DNA of 63,996 nt, filler included, from Salisapilia sapeloensis CBS 127946 (taxonomy: Eukaryota > Protista > Oomycota): assembly GCA_023334545.1 (NCBI GenBank). It is 6 parts of 6 records of this genome, joined end to end, with 100 filler letters (N's around TTAATTAATTAA, not from the genome) between each part and the next. Parts side by side here need not be neighbours in the genome. Positions count along the whole stretch, not along the records: positions 1 to 22,461 come from JAADVB010000274.1; positions 22,562 to 52,481 come from JAADVB010000225.1; 4 more parts are not named here. One strand, 5' to 3'. Below the pieces are notes generated by a model. It was not told the DNA's origin. It did no database searches and saw only the letters and a list, made by a program, of their open reading frames with translations. Below, in pieces: positions 21,129 to 31,562 of this stretch; position 1 is the first letter of the stretch, and the number at the start of each line of letters is the position of its first letter. The position numbers were made by a program, and so were the translations under genes.

Positions 21129-22247
21129 TTACGCGTCGGCTTGACAAAAGTTCTGGTGCTGACGAAGTGCTCGGTCTTGATCAAATGCTTTGCCACATGA
21201 ACACACTTTCTTCTTTGGCTGCAGCGGCTGCAGCTGACCCAAGTGCGTGTCCAGTGTGTCTTTGGTAAAGTAGAAGCCACATATATCACACTCGACGTCA
21301 TCCTTCCTGTCGCTGCTTTCAGTCGAGCCCGTTTGTTTCCAATCTGGCTGGATGTTCGTGTCACTCCCGTGCTTGGCGACCTGGTGCTGCCGTCTGGCTT
21401 CTTCGTTTTTGAACGTTTTGTCACAAGAGCTACATGGGAGACGTTTTGATGACGATGTTGTGCCGTCGACCTGGAGCTCATGAACCATGTGGACGTGAGT
21501 TCGATACCCCTGAGCTGTGGAAAATGATTTATCACAAGCTTCGCAATGGAAAGCAGTAGACTGGTCGTCACTGCGTCTTCGTTTCTTGGTCACGACTGGC
21601 CCTTGGACGACTGGTTTATTGTCTGAGAGCTGGAAGATAAGCAGATCACTCTTTTGTCTCTTCTTTTCTCCATGCAGTGTCACTTGATGGAAAGACTTGC
21701 CGTTCTGATGACGCTTGCGATCGTACTCAACACCATAAGTGGCGTCTTCATCCACGTCCGAGATGACACGAGTGAGGTGAAAGTGGACTCTTGCAGCACA
21801 TTTCTCTGCACCCCATCGATCTTTTTGATCTTCGGCTAAAGAGATGCGAACTTCGCTACCCTTACTACATAGAAGAGGCTTGGTGGAGGCGAAGAAGTGC
21901 GATAGGAGCATCTGATGACGCTGGACATTCTCCTCACCGCAATGAGGATGGTTGAATATGATAGTATCAAAGCATTCGCTCGCATCTATAGCTTTAAATA
22001 GATCGTCTTGTAAGTTCGTGGCATCAATGTTGTGTACTACGCGAGCTCCTGCGCTTTGGAGCGAAGCGCAGATATTCATGCTTTCCGGATACTTCGATAC
22101 GAGGTCGTCATAGCTATCAAAGGACGTTGCAGTCAATTCAATTTGATTACCAAGTTCTTCTTGCTGTCGAAGGTAGTTCAACGAGAATGAAAAGTTGCCA
22201 TCTCCAACCGTAAGCACCTTGATGGTGTCTGCCTTCGTGCTCGCCAT
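21129..22247 (-). CDS. DUF2431/Bmt5-like rRNA uridine-N3 methyltransferase domain + C2H2 zinc fingers
   Basis: VLTVGDGNFSFS, ATSFDS, HNIDATNL, FDTIIFNHPH; fingers CEAC..THVHMVH, CSSC..QHQVAKH, CDIC..H, CSC..QHQNFC. Likely ATG at 22247. Confidence 0.85.
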   Translation of the reverse strand: MASTKADTIKVLTVGDGNFSFSLNYLRQQEELGNQIELTATSFDSYDDLVSKYPESMNICASLQSAGARVVHNIDATNLQDDLFKAIDASECFDTIIFNHPHCGEENVQRHQMLLSHFFASTKPLLCSKGSEVRISLAEDQKDRWGAEKCAARVHFHLTRVISDVDEDATYGVEYDRKRHQNGKSFHQVTLHGEKKRQKSDLLIFQLSDNKPVVQGPVVTKKRRRSDDQSTAFHCEACDKSFSTAQGYRTHVHMVHELQVDGTTSSSKRLPCSSCDKTFKNEEARRQHQVAKHGSDTNIQPDWKQTGSTESSDRKDDVECDICGFYFTKDTLDTHLGQLQPLQPKKKVCSCGKAFDQDRALRQHQNFCQADA

Positions 22248-22461
22248 CGCTTTATAGGTTTTATGTAAATTGATGGTGTCAGTGCAACATTCGGAAAACA
22301 TTTTTAAGCAGCGAAAAGGAAGTTGAAGTTGAATGCAACTTTTGAAGATTGTCGCAGGTATCTACTTTGGGAGGCGTTGGGATCATGTCGACGGAATGGA
22401 GGAAGATGGATACGCTACGTCCGCCTGCGTATGTCTGTCTTCGTAGGAAGGCTCGCGCAGA

Positions 22462-22561
22462 NNNNNNNNNNNNNNNNNNNNNNNNNNNNNNNNNNNNNNN
22501 NNNNNTTAATTAATTAANNNNNNNNNNNNNNNNNNNNNNNNNNNNNNNNNNNNNNNNNNNN
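22462..22561. other. Artificial contig-joining spacer
   Basis: 44 N + TTAATTAATTAA (stops in all six frames) + 44 N. Confidence 0.97.
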
Positions 22562-22562
22562 A

Positions 22563-23078
22563 GAAGAACCTCCTGCTGAAGATCCACCTGCAAGACTAAC
22601 TCCAGCCGATGAAGAAGAAAAGGAGCGTAAGCGAAAGCGTCAGCGAGAGTACGAAAAGACCTACCGTAAGCGCAAGCAAGTGAGTCGAGTATACCATGTC
22701 CGTCTATCCTTTCAATTTTGTAACAATGCGTACTCGTAGATCAAAATGGCGGAACTTCGTGAACAATGGATCAACAACGAGATCAAGATCGAAAAGCTCC
22801 GAGCGAAAAGCATTCAATCGGCTGTAATTCCTACCAAAGCGATGCATACTACAATCATGGATGAGTTTAATTATCTACGGATGGAAGAGAGAGCACTGAC
22901 TTTGGACTACATCGCTTTACGTTCTTTAAAGGCTTGGAATCAAATTGCGCAGCTAAAGGACCAAAGAGAATGTGCTGAGCTCAAGACGGCCGCTCTATCA
23001 GGCTCTGGATTGGAAGATGACGTTAGAAGCCATCCACTTTCGTTGTTGTTTCTGCCACAATTTGAGTTTTCCTGGTAA
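22563..23078 (+). CDS. 5'-truncated bZIP-like protein (basic region + coiled coil), intron 22680-22739
   Basis: Open frame from the contig edge: EEEKERKRKRQREYEKTYRKRKQ; GTGAGT..TAG intron joins in frame to IKMAELREQWINNEIKIEKL. The 3' end may continue in a degenerate or spliced form. Confidence 0.55.
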
Positions 23079-23972
23079 TGGATTTGCCTATTGGAGTTCA
23101 TTTTCGAGAGAAAATGTTGAGAGACGAACGTAGCGTATACGTAATATGTTGAGTTTATAGTCAATGGCTTCTATTTCTTTTAATTTGGTTGGATCGAACC
23201 AATGTGTAAGTAGTAGTAATAGTTTGTGGTACATGGCGTTATACCCGCTGGTATCGAAGTAGCAATGATTAATTTGCACCACTTGGAAGGAGATATACCT
23301 TACGACGATACAAGCAATGATAGGAAAATCATGATAAAACTCTCTTAGGGGGTAAGCATTCTTCCAGTAGGACCGTCCAGAGTTCTCGAAACCGGTGAAG
23401 GTGTGGGTAACTAGGCGGCAGATCATAATGCTGGAATGGGAGATGCAAGAGAGATATCTGGTGATACTGAAACATCTGCATGTCCAATATCCGTACTGCT
23501 TGTTCTGGCAACCAGAAGTCTTGATCCATATTGAATGAGAGTCGGCAGTGCCCAATGATCTCAACAAATAATATACTAGCAGGCATGCCGTGTCATGTGG
23601 TAATCTCGGATGTTTGTGCGAAGCTACTGCATCTGATGTCATAGATATCAACTTGAACGATCAAATGCTATTCATCACTCTATGTAGTTGAACCAACCAA
23701 TCTGCTCCTTCCATGTGACGCAATAAAGGATCGGCATCAATGAAAGCGATCACCAACTGAAATTAATAGATTGTCATTTTCTATCGACGAACATGTTTGT
23801 AAGATAGTGCCACACCTATGATACTATTCAATTATTCTTTAACATTTACTAAGGATCACATACGCTTCCCAGGATGGATGTTGGTCTGGGAGCTTCAACT
23901 TGTACGAAGTTTATAAAGATAGAAACTCGAAACTACCGGAACTAAATGTAGCAGTTGAAACGCCCAAGTGCC

Positions 23973-26900
23973 ATGGCATGGAAGAGGACTCATTCACCAA
24001 GCGACGCAAAGAGGAAAAAGGCGAAGAAAGGAATTAAAGATATGTTTGACTGGGTAAGGGAGAGAAGCAGTCAAATTCGTAAGTCAAAGTCACCACAATT
24101 TACTCCCCATGAGCTCCAAAATGCGGTTTTTAATAAGCATCGTACAATGTTTGTAAACGAACTGGATCGTACATATGAGCATGCTGCTGCTGTAGGCACC
24201 TACTACAGTACGAACGACGTGTGCACTTCCAAGTACACTTGGCTTAGTTTTATGCCAAAGTCACTGCTCGAACAATTTCGCCGAGTTGCAAATTGCTACT
24301 TTCTCGTCATTTCCTTGCTCCAGCTCGGCACTAATCTTTCGCCAACGAATGAGTACTCTACAATTGGACCACTTCTACTTGTTTTATTTGCAACGATGAT
24401 AAAGGCTGGTCTGGAAGACCGCCGCCGCCATCATCTCGACTATGAATTGAACCATCGTTTTGCAGAAGTTCTTGTTTCTGCCGCTAACGATTCGACAGGC
24501 ACTTTTCGAAAGAAAAACAAGGTCGTGAATTCGCCTGAGGACTGTCGTGACGGCTCTCTCGGGGATATATTTGAGTCGGTACATTGGAAAAGTTTACGTG
24601 TTGGTCAGGTTGTGCGAGTCCAGAAGGATGAAGCAGTTCCAGCGGACCTCTTATTACTCTTCTCAAGTGACAGCAACAATGAAGCTGTGTGTGAGACATC
24701 CTCATTAGATGGCGAGTCCGACATGAAAATTCGCCATTGCCTAGCTTGGGATAATATCAAACCGGCTAAAGCTTGTGACTTTGGTGACTCAGTTCGAGCA
24801 AGGATCCGTTGTGAAGAGCCCCACCAGAGCATTTCTACTTTTGAAGGATTAATCACAATATCCAGGCTAAAATCTAAATCTTCTTCAGGTCAGGGGAAGG
24901 TTCCAACTTACAAGCCAATATGGTCGCAAGATCGATCTATGGGGGCTGCTGATGATAGCGACGACTTGAGTATCAGTATAGAAAACTTACTTTTACGTGG
25001 TACGAAGCTGAAGAACACCAAGTGGGTGATTGGTACCGTTGTTGCGGCTGGGAAAGATACCAAACTTATGCAGAATATGAAAGGAGCGCCATCAAAGTTT
25101 AGCCGAATGGATCGCATGGCAAATCGATGCGTGTTAGCTGTATTCGCAACCTTGTTTGTAATTTGCTCTTCTCATGCTGCAAATCACTTGGTCGGTGCTG
25201 CTGCTGTCTACAAAAGGCAAGATACAGCTGATGCAATGTTGCACGTAGACCCTCCATCCTTTGCAAGTTACTGCAAATCCTGGATCACCTTTCTTATTCT
25301 TTACAACAACATGGTACCAATTTCGCTGTACATCAGTTTGGAAGTTATCAAGTGGTATCAAGCTCGTCGTATAGAAGAAGATACAGAATTGCACTGTCGC
25401 GAAACAGGTAACCATGCAACAGTCCGCACCACAGATATTAATGAGAACCTTGGTGAGATCAAGTACATTTTCAGTGATAAAACAGGCACTATAACAAAGA
25501 ATCAAATGCTCTTCCGTCATTGTAGCATAGGCGGAATCGTTTTTGATGGGAAGACGATGGAGCTACGACAAAATTTTCGCGAAAGAAAAGGAGATAAAGA
25601 AGGAACAACGGATTTGCAACAGACAGGTTCTGAAAGTCCATTTTTCTCCAACACTGCAATGCAGCAGTCGAAACCATATAGTAATCGAAATGGTCGTCAG
25701 GTATCCTTAGACATACGATCGCATGACCAGCTATTTAATTTTGTTCATCCGACCCATGACTTGAGTTTGCGAGAGCAGGCAGTTGGAAAACTTGCTATTC
25801 CATTCTTTAGATGTATACTTCTTTGCCACACTGTGTCCATCGCAGAGTCGGACGGCACAGATGAGCACGCGTGTACGTATTACGGAACGTCGCCAGACGA
25901 AGTAGCATTGCTTAACGCAGCTGCAGAGTTTTCATGTTATTATGATGGGAAAGATGGAAGTGTGGTATCACTTCGAGTGTTTGGAAAGCGTGAGAAGTAC
26001 CAAATTCTCGATACGAATGAATTTGATAGCACTCGAAAATGCATGTCAGTTGTTGCACAACGCGTATTCGACGATGAGAATGTCGAGGTCATGGACTATG
26101 AGAGAGATATCTTCGTATTCATGAAGGGTGCTGATAACGTTATGTTTCACAAAGCACTGAGAACATCAGAGCTCAAGCAGTTAGGGCAGCACATTCAGTA
26201 TTTTGCTGAAATGGCATTGCGGACATTACTTTTCGGATTTAAAATAATATCTCAAGATGAATACGAAACATGGAAAGAGGAGTCAGATAGCAGCAAGAAG
26301 AGCATGGAAAATAGGGAGCACAAAATTCAAACGAGTTTAAAAAGTCTTGAGTCATCTATGTACCTCGTAGGAGCAAGTGGAGTGGAAGATCTCTTGCAAG
26401 AGAATGCAAAAGCGAGCATTCAAACTCTTCGAGAAGCTGATATCAATGTTTGGATGCTAACGGGAGACAAAGAGGCAACTGCGGTTTCCATTGGTCATAT
26501 GTGTGGCTTAATCGAGAAACAAACGCGTTTGATTGTCATAAAGGGAAAAAATCGAAATGAATGTCTGGAGGAAATTGCTTTCGCTCGCAAGAGGATGAAA
26601 AGAAACGGCTTATGGACACCAGGCATTGCGAAGAAGAACTATGCTCTAGTGGTCAATAGCTCAGCTCTGGAATTTCTTCTGTCGGATCCTGGAGCAGCTA
26701 CTCGACAGACAGTAATTGCGAGGCCATTGACTGCGGATGGATTAAACGAGACAAGTGTAGGTGGTCTATCTGAAAATGGAGGAGATAGTCATACGACGCC
26801 ACCCAAGAGCAGGTTTGAAACAAATTTAGACAAAGCAGAACGGCATCAGATTGCGAACGACAACCGTGGAAGCACGCGCAGATCGATAACAAGTACATCA

Positions 26901-29900
26901 TCCATAGTTTCCAGCTCGGAACCAGCAAGTACAGAAGAGATTTTCATACAATTGGCGACTCAGTGTTCTACCGTCATCGCTTGTAGATTGAGTCCGATCC
27001 AAAAAGCTCAAGTGGTAAGTCTCATAAGAGAGTCCATCGGCAATCCGTTGACCTTGGCAATTGGTGATGGAGGTAATGATGTTAGCATGATCCAAGAGGC
27101 GGACGTTGGTGTAGGTGTCTATGGTCATGAAGGTATGCAAGCCGTACGCGCTGCAGACTTTACGCTTGCTAATTTTAGTCATCTACCACGCCTACTACTT
27201 GTTCATGGCAGATGGAATGCTCGACGCCTAGGACTGGTCATCTTGTTCACATTTTACAAAAACTTTGCTCTCATCTCGACGCTGATGTGGAACTCTGTGC
27301 GAAATACGTTTTCAGGTCAAACACTTTACGAGTCATATCTGATGGCTGGATGGAATGTCTTTTATACTTTCTTTCCAATTTTCGTACTAGGTATCTATGA
27401 CAAAGACTTGTCTGCTGGCATCGTACTTGCATGCCCGTTCGCCTATAAAACTTCTATGAAAGAGAACCAGCTTACCATATCTCGTTTAACGAAGTGGACG
27501 TCCGCAGCGGCGCTTCATGCGTCAATTGTGATTGGGATGTTTTTTATGGCAGAAAACCGCTCTATGTCAGATGCTGACGGGAAGACCGATGGTATCTACA
27601 CACTTGGGACTGCGATTTATAGTTGCCTCATCTACGTGGTCACTGCTAAAGCTGCTTTAATAATGGAGCCAATATATAGGTGGCGAAGTGTGCAGTATTT
27701 ATCTCTAGCCGGCGGCATTATTGCATTCTTTGTCTACACTGGCATATACTGCAACCTCTACGTCCTCTTTCCATACTTCGATGTCTTTCGAGATATGTAT
27801 GGAATATTTTCTCGTCTCGTCTTAAACTCGACGTACTGGCTTATTTGCCTTTTAACGACTGTGCTGTCAATTCTACCTGACGTCGTTGTCGTGTACTTCC
27901 AAAAGACGTATTTGCCAAGCAGCAATGACATCCTTCGCGAGATCGATGTCGGTTTTGATGAAGAATACATTGAAGAGCGAGACTACGCCTTAAATGCATC
28001 GATTTCAGCGGATCGCAGCATGGATTTACTTGGTCCAACGCGTTCACAGAGAAGTGGGAGTTTTTCTGCAAGACGTAGAACACTTCGAGATTCATCAGGC
28101 TCCTTTCATCCTAATCGTGCAAATGAAAATTGGGGAGTGGACTTGTCCGATTCTCACAATGAACCATCAGAATGCATGGAGCTCACGAGGCTGCTAACAG
28201 ATTGTCAAAGAGCGATTGCCCAAGAACTTGGTATGCCAGATCCATTGCTTCGAGATGAAGAAATAAACAACACTTCCTCATTCAAGCGTCAGCCAAAAAC
28301 TCATCCGATAACACTACAGTTCATGGGAGAAGAGCATCAATACCTGGAGCAAGAGTATCAGTACGTGTTTGCGTGTCGTGAACGCCCACGTGTCTTACTC
28401 TGCCTTCACTTGTTATTAGTCTTCATTCCTTTCTACGCAGTTTATGAAGTCTTCATAGAGAAGCAGATGGACTATTTAAATGTACGCATAAGTATGTTCC
28501 TCTTGGCTGTCTTATGCATACGCCTGGTTCGAACAACGGCATTTATTAAGCACTATCACAAGATAGTAACAACATGCACGGCTATTGCTGGCTTCACTTT
28601 AACAGTGACCATTTCGGACACTGGGAAATTTGCTACTGCACTATTTCCCGTTGTGGCATTCGTAATCATACGAGTCCACTTTCACTACGCGCTTCTTCTG
28701 GCTGCAGGTCATGCTGCCTTCTACTTTTCTCTAACATCCTTTGCAATGGCATTTAAACCTGGATCCCCAGCAGCCAACGAACAACTGTTCTTTTGTCTCT
28801 ACATGATATTCACGATTATCTTTTCTGCCACGGCGAGCTACTCGCTTCAGCTCACTATGCGAAAAGAGTTTTTACAAAGTCGATCTCTAGGATTAGAGCA
28901 AAAGCGATCGACTGAGATATTGAACAATATGATGCCAGCACACGTTGTGCAAAGACTTCACAATGGTGAAACTTCTATTAGTGATGAAGAACCGGACGTC
29001 ACGATTTTATTTTGTGATATTGCCAATTTTAATGCCGCACTTAATAAGTTTGATGCGAATGAAGTTGTTTCAATTCTCGATAGGCTGTATTCTTTATTCG
29101 ACCAACTCTGCATCAAGCATGGAGTTCAAAAGATGGAAACAGTAGGGAAGACATACATGGCATGTGCTGGTCTTCAAGGAAAAATGAAAGGCAAGATGGC
29201 TGCTGTTCGGGTTGCTGCCATGGCAACAGATATGCTCGATATAATCTCATCGATTGGCACATCCGAAGGGTATAGTATTCAAATACGCATCGGAATCAAT
29301 TCTGGACCTGTATTGAGTGGACTAGTTGGCACCAAGAAGCAGCAATTTTCTTTATTCGGAGACACTGTGAACACGGCATCAAGAATGCAATCTACAGGGA
29401 TTATCGGTCGGTGCCAGTTATCTCGTGAAACCTATTTAAAGTTGTCCAGGCATTTCATTTTTGATGAACGTAAGGTGGAGGCGAAAGGCAAAGGTTGGCT
29501 TACAACCTATATCCTCGATGAGCCAAAAAGTATTTTAGCTCACATGGCTTGTGCAGGAAGACTCGATGCTGTCAACAGACGAACTTCAACACAATCAACA
29601 CCTTCTTTTAAACCTTCCTCACCAGTGCATGGAAATCTTAATGAAGATAGTCTGAGGATGCTTACAGCGGCTGGACAGTCAAAGTTGAAAGTCTGGAGTG
29701 ATTTCTTAAATATGAGAAGCGTATCGAGATGGGTATTAGGCGTAGGAGATGCGGAATCTACAGCGGAAGCGGATGAAAATCGAACAAACGTGGAAATAAT
29801 GGCACAAATCAGAAGGCTGATACTAACTTTCAAAGACGATGATGTAGAAGATGAATACCGGCTGAAAACCAGTTCAGCTCGGGTGGCTGGTTCCCGTAAG

Positions 29901-31562
29901 ACGATTCTAGCAATCATCTACTACTTTACATTTGCAATTATCCGAGATATTACATTATCTGATACGATTTTTAGCAGCAATACGAAAACTTATGGACATG
30001 TCTACGAAGATACTCTATTGCTTGTTGGTTCGCGAGGCGGCTTCATTGTGTTTGCTGCAGTTATATTGCTTACATTTCGAAAGGGAATAAGTGAAGCGTT
30101 TATAAAGTATGCTCCTTATATGACGACACTGAATTACTTCTGTTGTTTACTTGCGGCAAACAATCCTCTATATGTGTTTTGGCGGAGAGCGTACGAAGCT
30201 GATCTCAATCCAGGCCCATTCTATGTTCTAGCCTGTTTGGACTTTATTGCCATTATGCTCGTCATGTCGAACGGAGGATCTTTGCAGCACCGGTTCGTGA
30301 TCATGTGCAATACAGTACTACTGGTGACCACAACAGCGATAAATATACACATGATGATATCAAGTCCACTGCAACCGGAAAAGTTTAACTCCAACTTTCA
30401 GCCGTCCTACCCGTTAATATTGCTGTTCATGGCAGCAATCATTAATTTCATTGCAACTTCAAGTGTCGAATCTTTCCATCGTCGTCAATATCTACTCATC
30501 AAGCGAACAAAGCAGGAGACTGAAACTGCAGATCATTTAATATATCACATGCTTCCTGCAGCAGTTGTAGCCCGACTTAAGACTGGTGATGCCGTTTGTG
30601 AACATCACCGTCAGGTCGGCATATTGTTTTCGGACATCAAAGGTTTTACTTCCATGTCGTCTAAAGCAGATCCGACACAAGTGGTCTCCGTCCTTAGCTC
30701 TCTATTCAGTGCTTTTGATCGGCTAACCGAAACGCACGGCGTTTTCAAATTACAGACCATTGGAGATGCCTACGTGATTGTATCTGGATTGCCGTATGTT
30801 GACATCAGCGCTGCTGCCTCGAAGTCGTTAGCAGACATCTCGTTCTCAAATTATGCCCTTTCAAAGTCAACCGCTGTCCGGCAGCCAGTGCTCAATTATG
30901 GTGCTAACAAAGCTGGTGAAGATGTATTGAAAGAGATTGAGGCAGACGAAATACGGACTTCTTCTCCGACAGCAAAATTGGCAGAAAATGCCAGGAGAGT
31001 AACTTTGGTAAGAACGATGACTCAACGAAGCGACATACAATCGAAAGAATCATCAGCGAAGCAATCGTCTGCAGATAGCAGCTCAAAACCTATAGAATAC
31101 ACTCGGAACGGTAGAAAAGGAGCCGCAAATGTCTTAACTGGGCGATCTAGATTGGCGTCGCGCCGAACCACGATTAAAGATGCGTCGAGACTCCAGTTAC
31201 GAACACATATTCGTGATTTGTTATTGATGGCACGCGATATGCATCGTGAAGTTGCGGCCATTACAGATCCAAACACTGGAGAGCAGCTTCAGATGCGCAT
31301 TGGTATTCACATCGGAAATATTATTGGTGGCGTGATTGGCACTACGACACTAAGGTATGATATGTGGGGGCACGATGTCTTGACTGCGAATGAGATGGAA
31401 TCCAATGGTGTACCTGGAAAGACGCTTGTGAGCCCCCAAGTGGCATTGGCTGTGAGTGGCATGAAAGATATCCAGTGCGAGTTCCATCGAGAAGTGGAAT
31501 TTACGAATGCTGGCAAGATGAACACCTACCTAGTTGAGTGTAGCCCGGACCAGGAAGACTAG
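23973..31562 (+). CDS. Bifunctional P4-type ATPase (flippase-like)/guanylyl cyclase
   Basis: One uninterrupted ORF of about 2530 aa (first ATG 23973). P4 motifs TSKYT, LDGESD, VPISLY, SDKTGT, SPDEVALL, WMLTGDK, ACRLSPIQK, GDGGNDVSMIQ; then two TM clusters and two class III cyclase domains (ILFCDI..KMETVGKTY..FSLFGDTVNTASRM; ILFSDIKGF..QTIGDAY..YDMWGHDV). Confidence 0.95.
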   Translation: MAWKRTHSPSDAKRKKAKKGIKDMFDWVRERSSQIRKSKSPQFTPHELQNAVFNKHRTMFVNELDRTYEHAAAVGTYYSTNDVCTSKYTWLSFMPKSLLEQFRRVANCYFLVISLLQLGTNLSPTNEYSTIGPLLLVLFATMIKAGLEDRRRHHLDYELNHRFAEVLVSAANDSTGTFRKKNKVVNSPEDCRDGSLGDIFESVHWKSLRVGQVVRVQKDEAVPADLLLLFSSDSNNEAVCETSSLDGESDMKIRHCLAWDNIKPAKACDFGDSVRARIRCEEPHQSISTFEGLITISRLKSKSSSGQGKVPTYKPIWSQDRSMGAADDSDDLSISIENLLLRGTKLKNTKWVIGTVVAAGKDTKLMQNMKGAPSKFSRMDRMANRCVLAVFATLFVICSSHAANHLVGAAAVYKRQDTADAMLHVDPPSFASYCKSWITFLILYNNMVPISLYISLEVIKWYQARRIEEDTELHCRETGNHATVRTTDINENLGEIKYIFSDKTGTITKNQMLFRHCSIGGIVFDGKTMELRQNFRERKGDKEGTTDLQQTGSESPFFSNTAMQQSKPYSNRNGRQVSLDIRSHDQLFNFVHPTHDLSLREQAVGKLAIPFFRCILLCHTVSIAESDGTDEHACTYYGTSPDEVALLNAAAEFSCYYDGKDGSVVSLRVFGKREKYQILDTNEFDSTRKCMSVVAQRVFDDENVEVMDYERDIFVFMKGADNVMFHKALRTSELKQLGQHIQYFAEMALRTLLFGFKIISQDEYETWKEESDSSKKSMENREHKIQTSLKSLESSMYLVGASGVEDLLQENAKASIQTLREADINVWMLTGDKEATAVSIGHMCGLIEKQTRLIVIKGKNRNECLEEIAFARKRMKRNGLWTPGIAKKNYALVVNSSALEFLLSDPGAATRQTVIARPLTADGLNETSVGGLSENGGDSHTTPPKSRFETNLDKAERHQIANDNRGSTRRSITSTSSIVSSSEPASTEEIFIQLATQCSTVIACRLSPIQKAQVVSLIRESIGNPLTLAIGDGGNDVSMIQEADVGVGVYGHEGMQAVRAADFTLANFSHLPRLLLVHGRWNARRLGLVILFTFYKNFALISTLMWNSVRNTFSGQTLYESYLMAGWNVFYTFFPIFVLGIYDKDLSAGIVLACPFAYKTSMKENQLTISRLTKWTSAAALHASIVIGMFFMAENRSMSDADGKTDGIYTLGTAIYSCLIYVVTAKAALIMEPIYRWRSVQYLSLAGGIIAFFVYTGIYCNLYVLFPYFDVFRDMYGIFSRLVLNSTYWLICLLTTVLSILPDVVVVYFQKTYLPSSNDILREIDVGFDEEYIEERDYALNASISADRSMDLLGPTRSQRSGSFSARRRTLRDSSGSFHPNRANENWGVDLSDSHNEPSECMELTRLLTDCQRAIAQELGMPDPLLRDEEINNTSSFKRQPKTHPITLQFMGEEHQYLEQEYQYVFACRERPRVLLCLHLLLVFIPFYAVYEVFIEKQMDYLNVRISMFLLAVLCIRLVRTTAFIKHYHKIVTTCTAIAGFTLTVTISDTGKFATALFPVVAFVIIRVHFHYALLLAAGHAAFYFSLTSFAMAFKPGSPAANEQLFFCLYMIFTIIFSATASYSLQLTMRKEFLQSRSLGLEQKRSTEILNNMMPAHVVQRLHNGETSISDEEPDVTILFCDIANFNAALNKFDANEVVSILDRLYSLFDQLCIKHGVQKMETVGKTYMACAGLQGKMKGKMAAVRVAAMATDMLDIISSIGTSEGYSIQIRIGINSGPVLSGLVGTKKQQFSLFGDTVNTASRMQSTGIIGRCQLSRETYLKLSRHFIFDERKVEAKGKGWLTTYILDEPKSILAHMACAGRLDAVNRRTSTQSTPSFKPSSPVHGNLNEDSLRMLTAAGQSKLKVWSDFLNMRSVSRWVLGVGDAESTAEADENRTNVEIMAQIRRLILTFKDDDVEDEYRLKTSSARVAGSRKTILAIIYYFTFAIIRDITLSDTIFSSNTKTYGHVYEDTLLLVGSRGGFIVFAAVILLTFRKGISEAFIKYAPYMTTLNYFCCLLAANNPLYVFWRRAYEADLNPGPFYVLACLDFIAIMLVMSNGGSLQHRFVIMCNTVLLVTTTAINIHMMISSPLQPEKFNSNFQPSYPLILLFMAAIINFIATSSVESFHRRQYLLIKRTKQETETADHLIYHMLPAAVVARLKTGDAVCEHHRQVGILFSDIKGFTSMSSKADPTQVVSVLSSLFSAFDRLTETHGVFKLQTIGDAYVIVSGLPYVDISAAASKSLADISFSNYALSKSTAVRQPVLNYGANKAGEDVLKEIEADEIRTSSPTAKLAENARRVTLVRTMTQRSDIQSKESSAKQSSADSSSKPIEYTRNGRKGAANVLTGRSRLASRRTTIKDASRLQLRTHIRDLLLMARDMHREVAAITDPNTGEQLQMRIGIHIGNIIGGVIGTTTLRYDMWGHDVLTANEMESNGVPGKTLVSPQVALAVSGMKDIQCEFHREVEFTNAGKMNTYLVECSPDQED

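Noticed and set aside
22506-22517. TTAATTAATTAA as a regulatory palindrome or repeat family
   Set aside because: Always centred in 44+44 N, so it is a synthetic linker.
23088-23651. 187-aa minus-strand ORF
   Set aside because: Non-ATG start, no recognisable motif, atypical composition; may be the antisense of a degenerate continuation of the bZIP-like gene.
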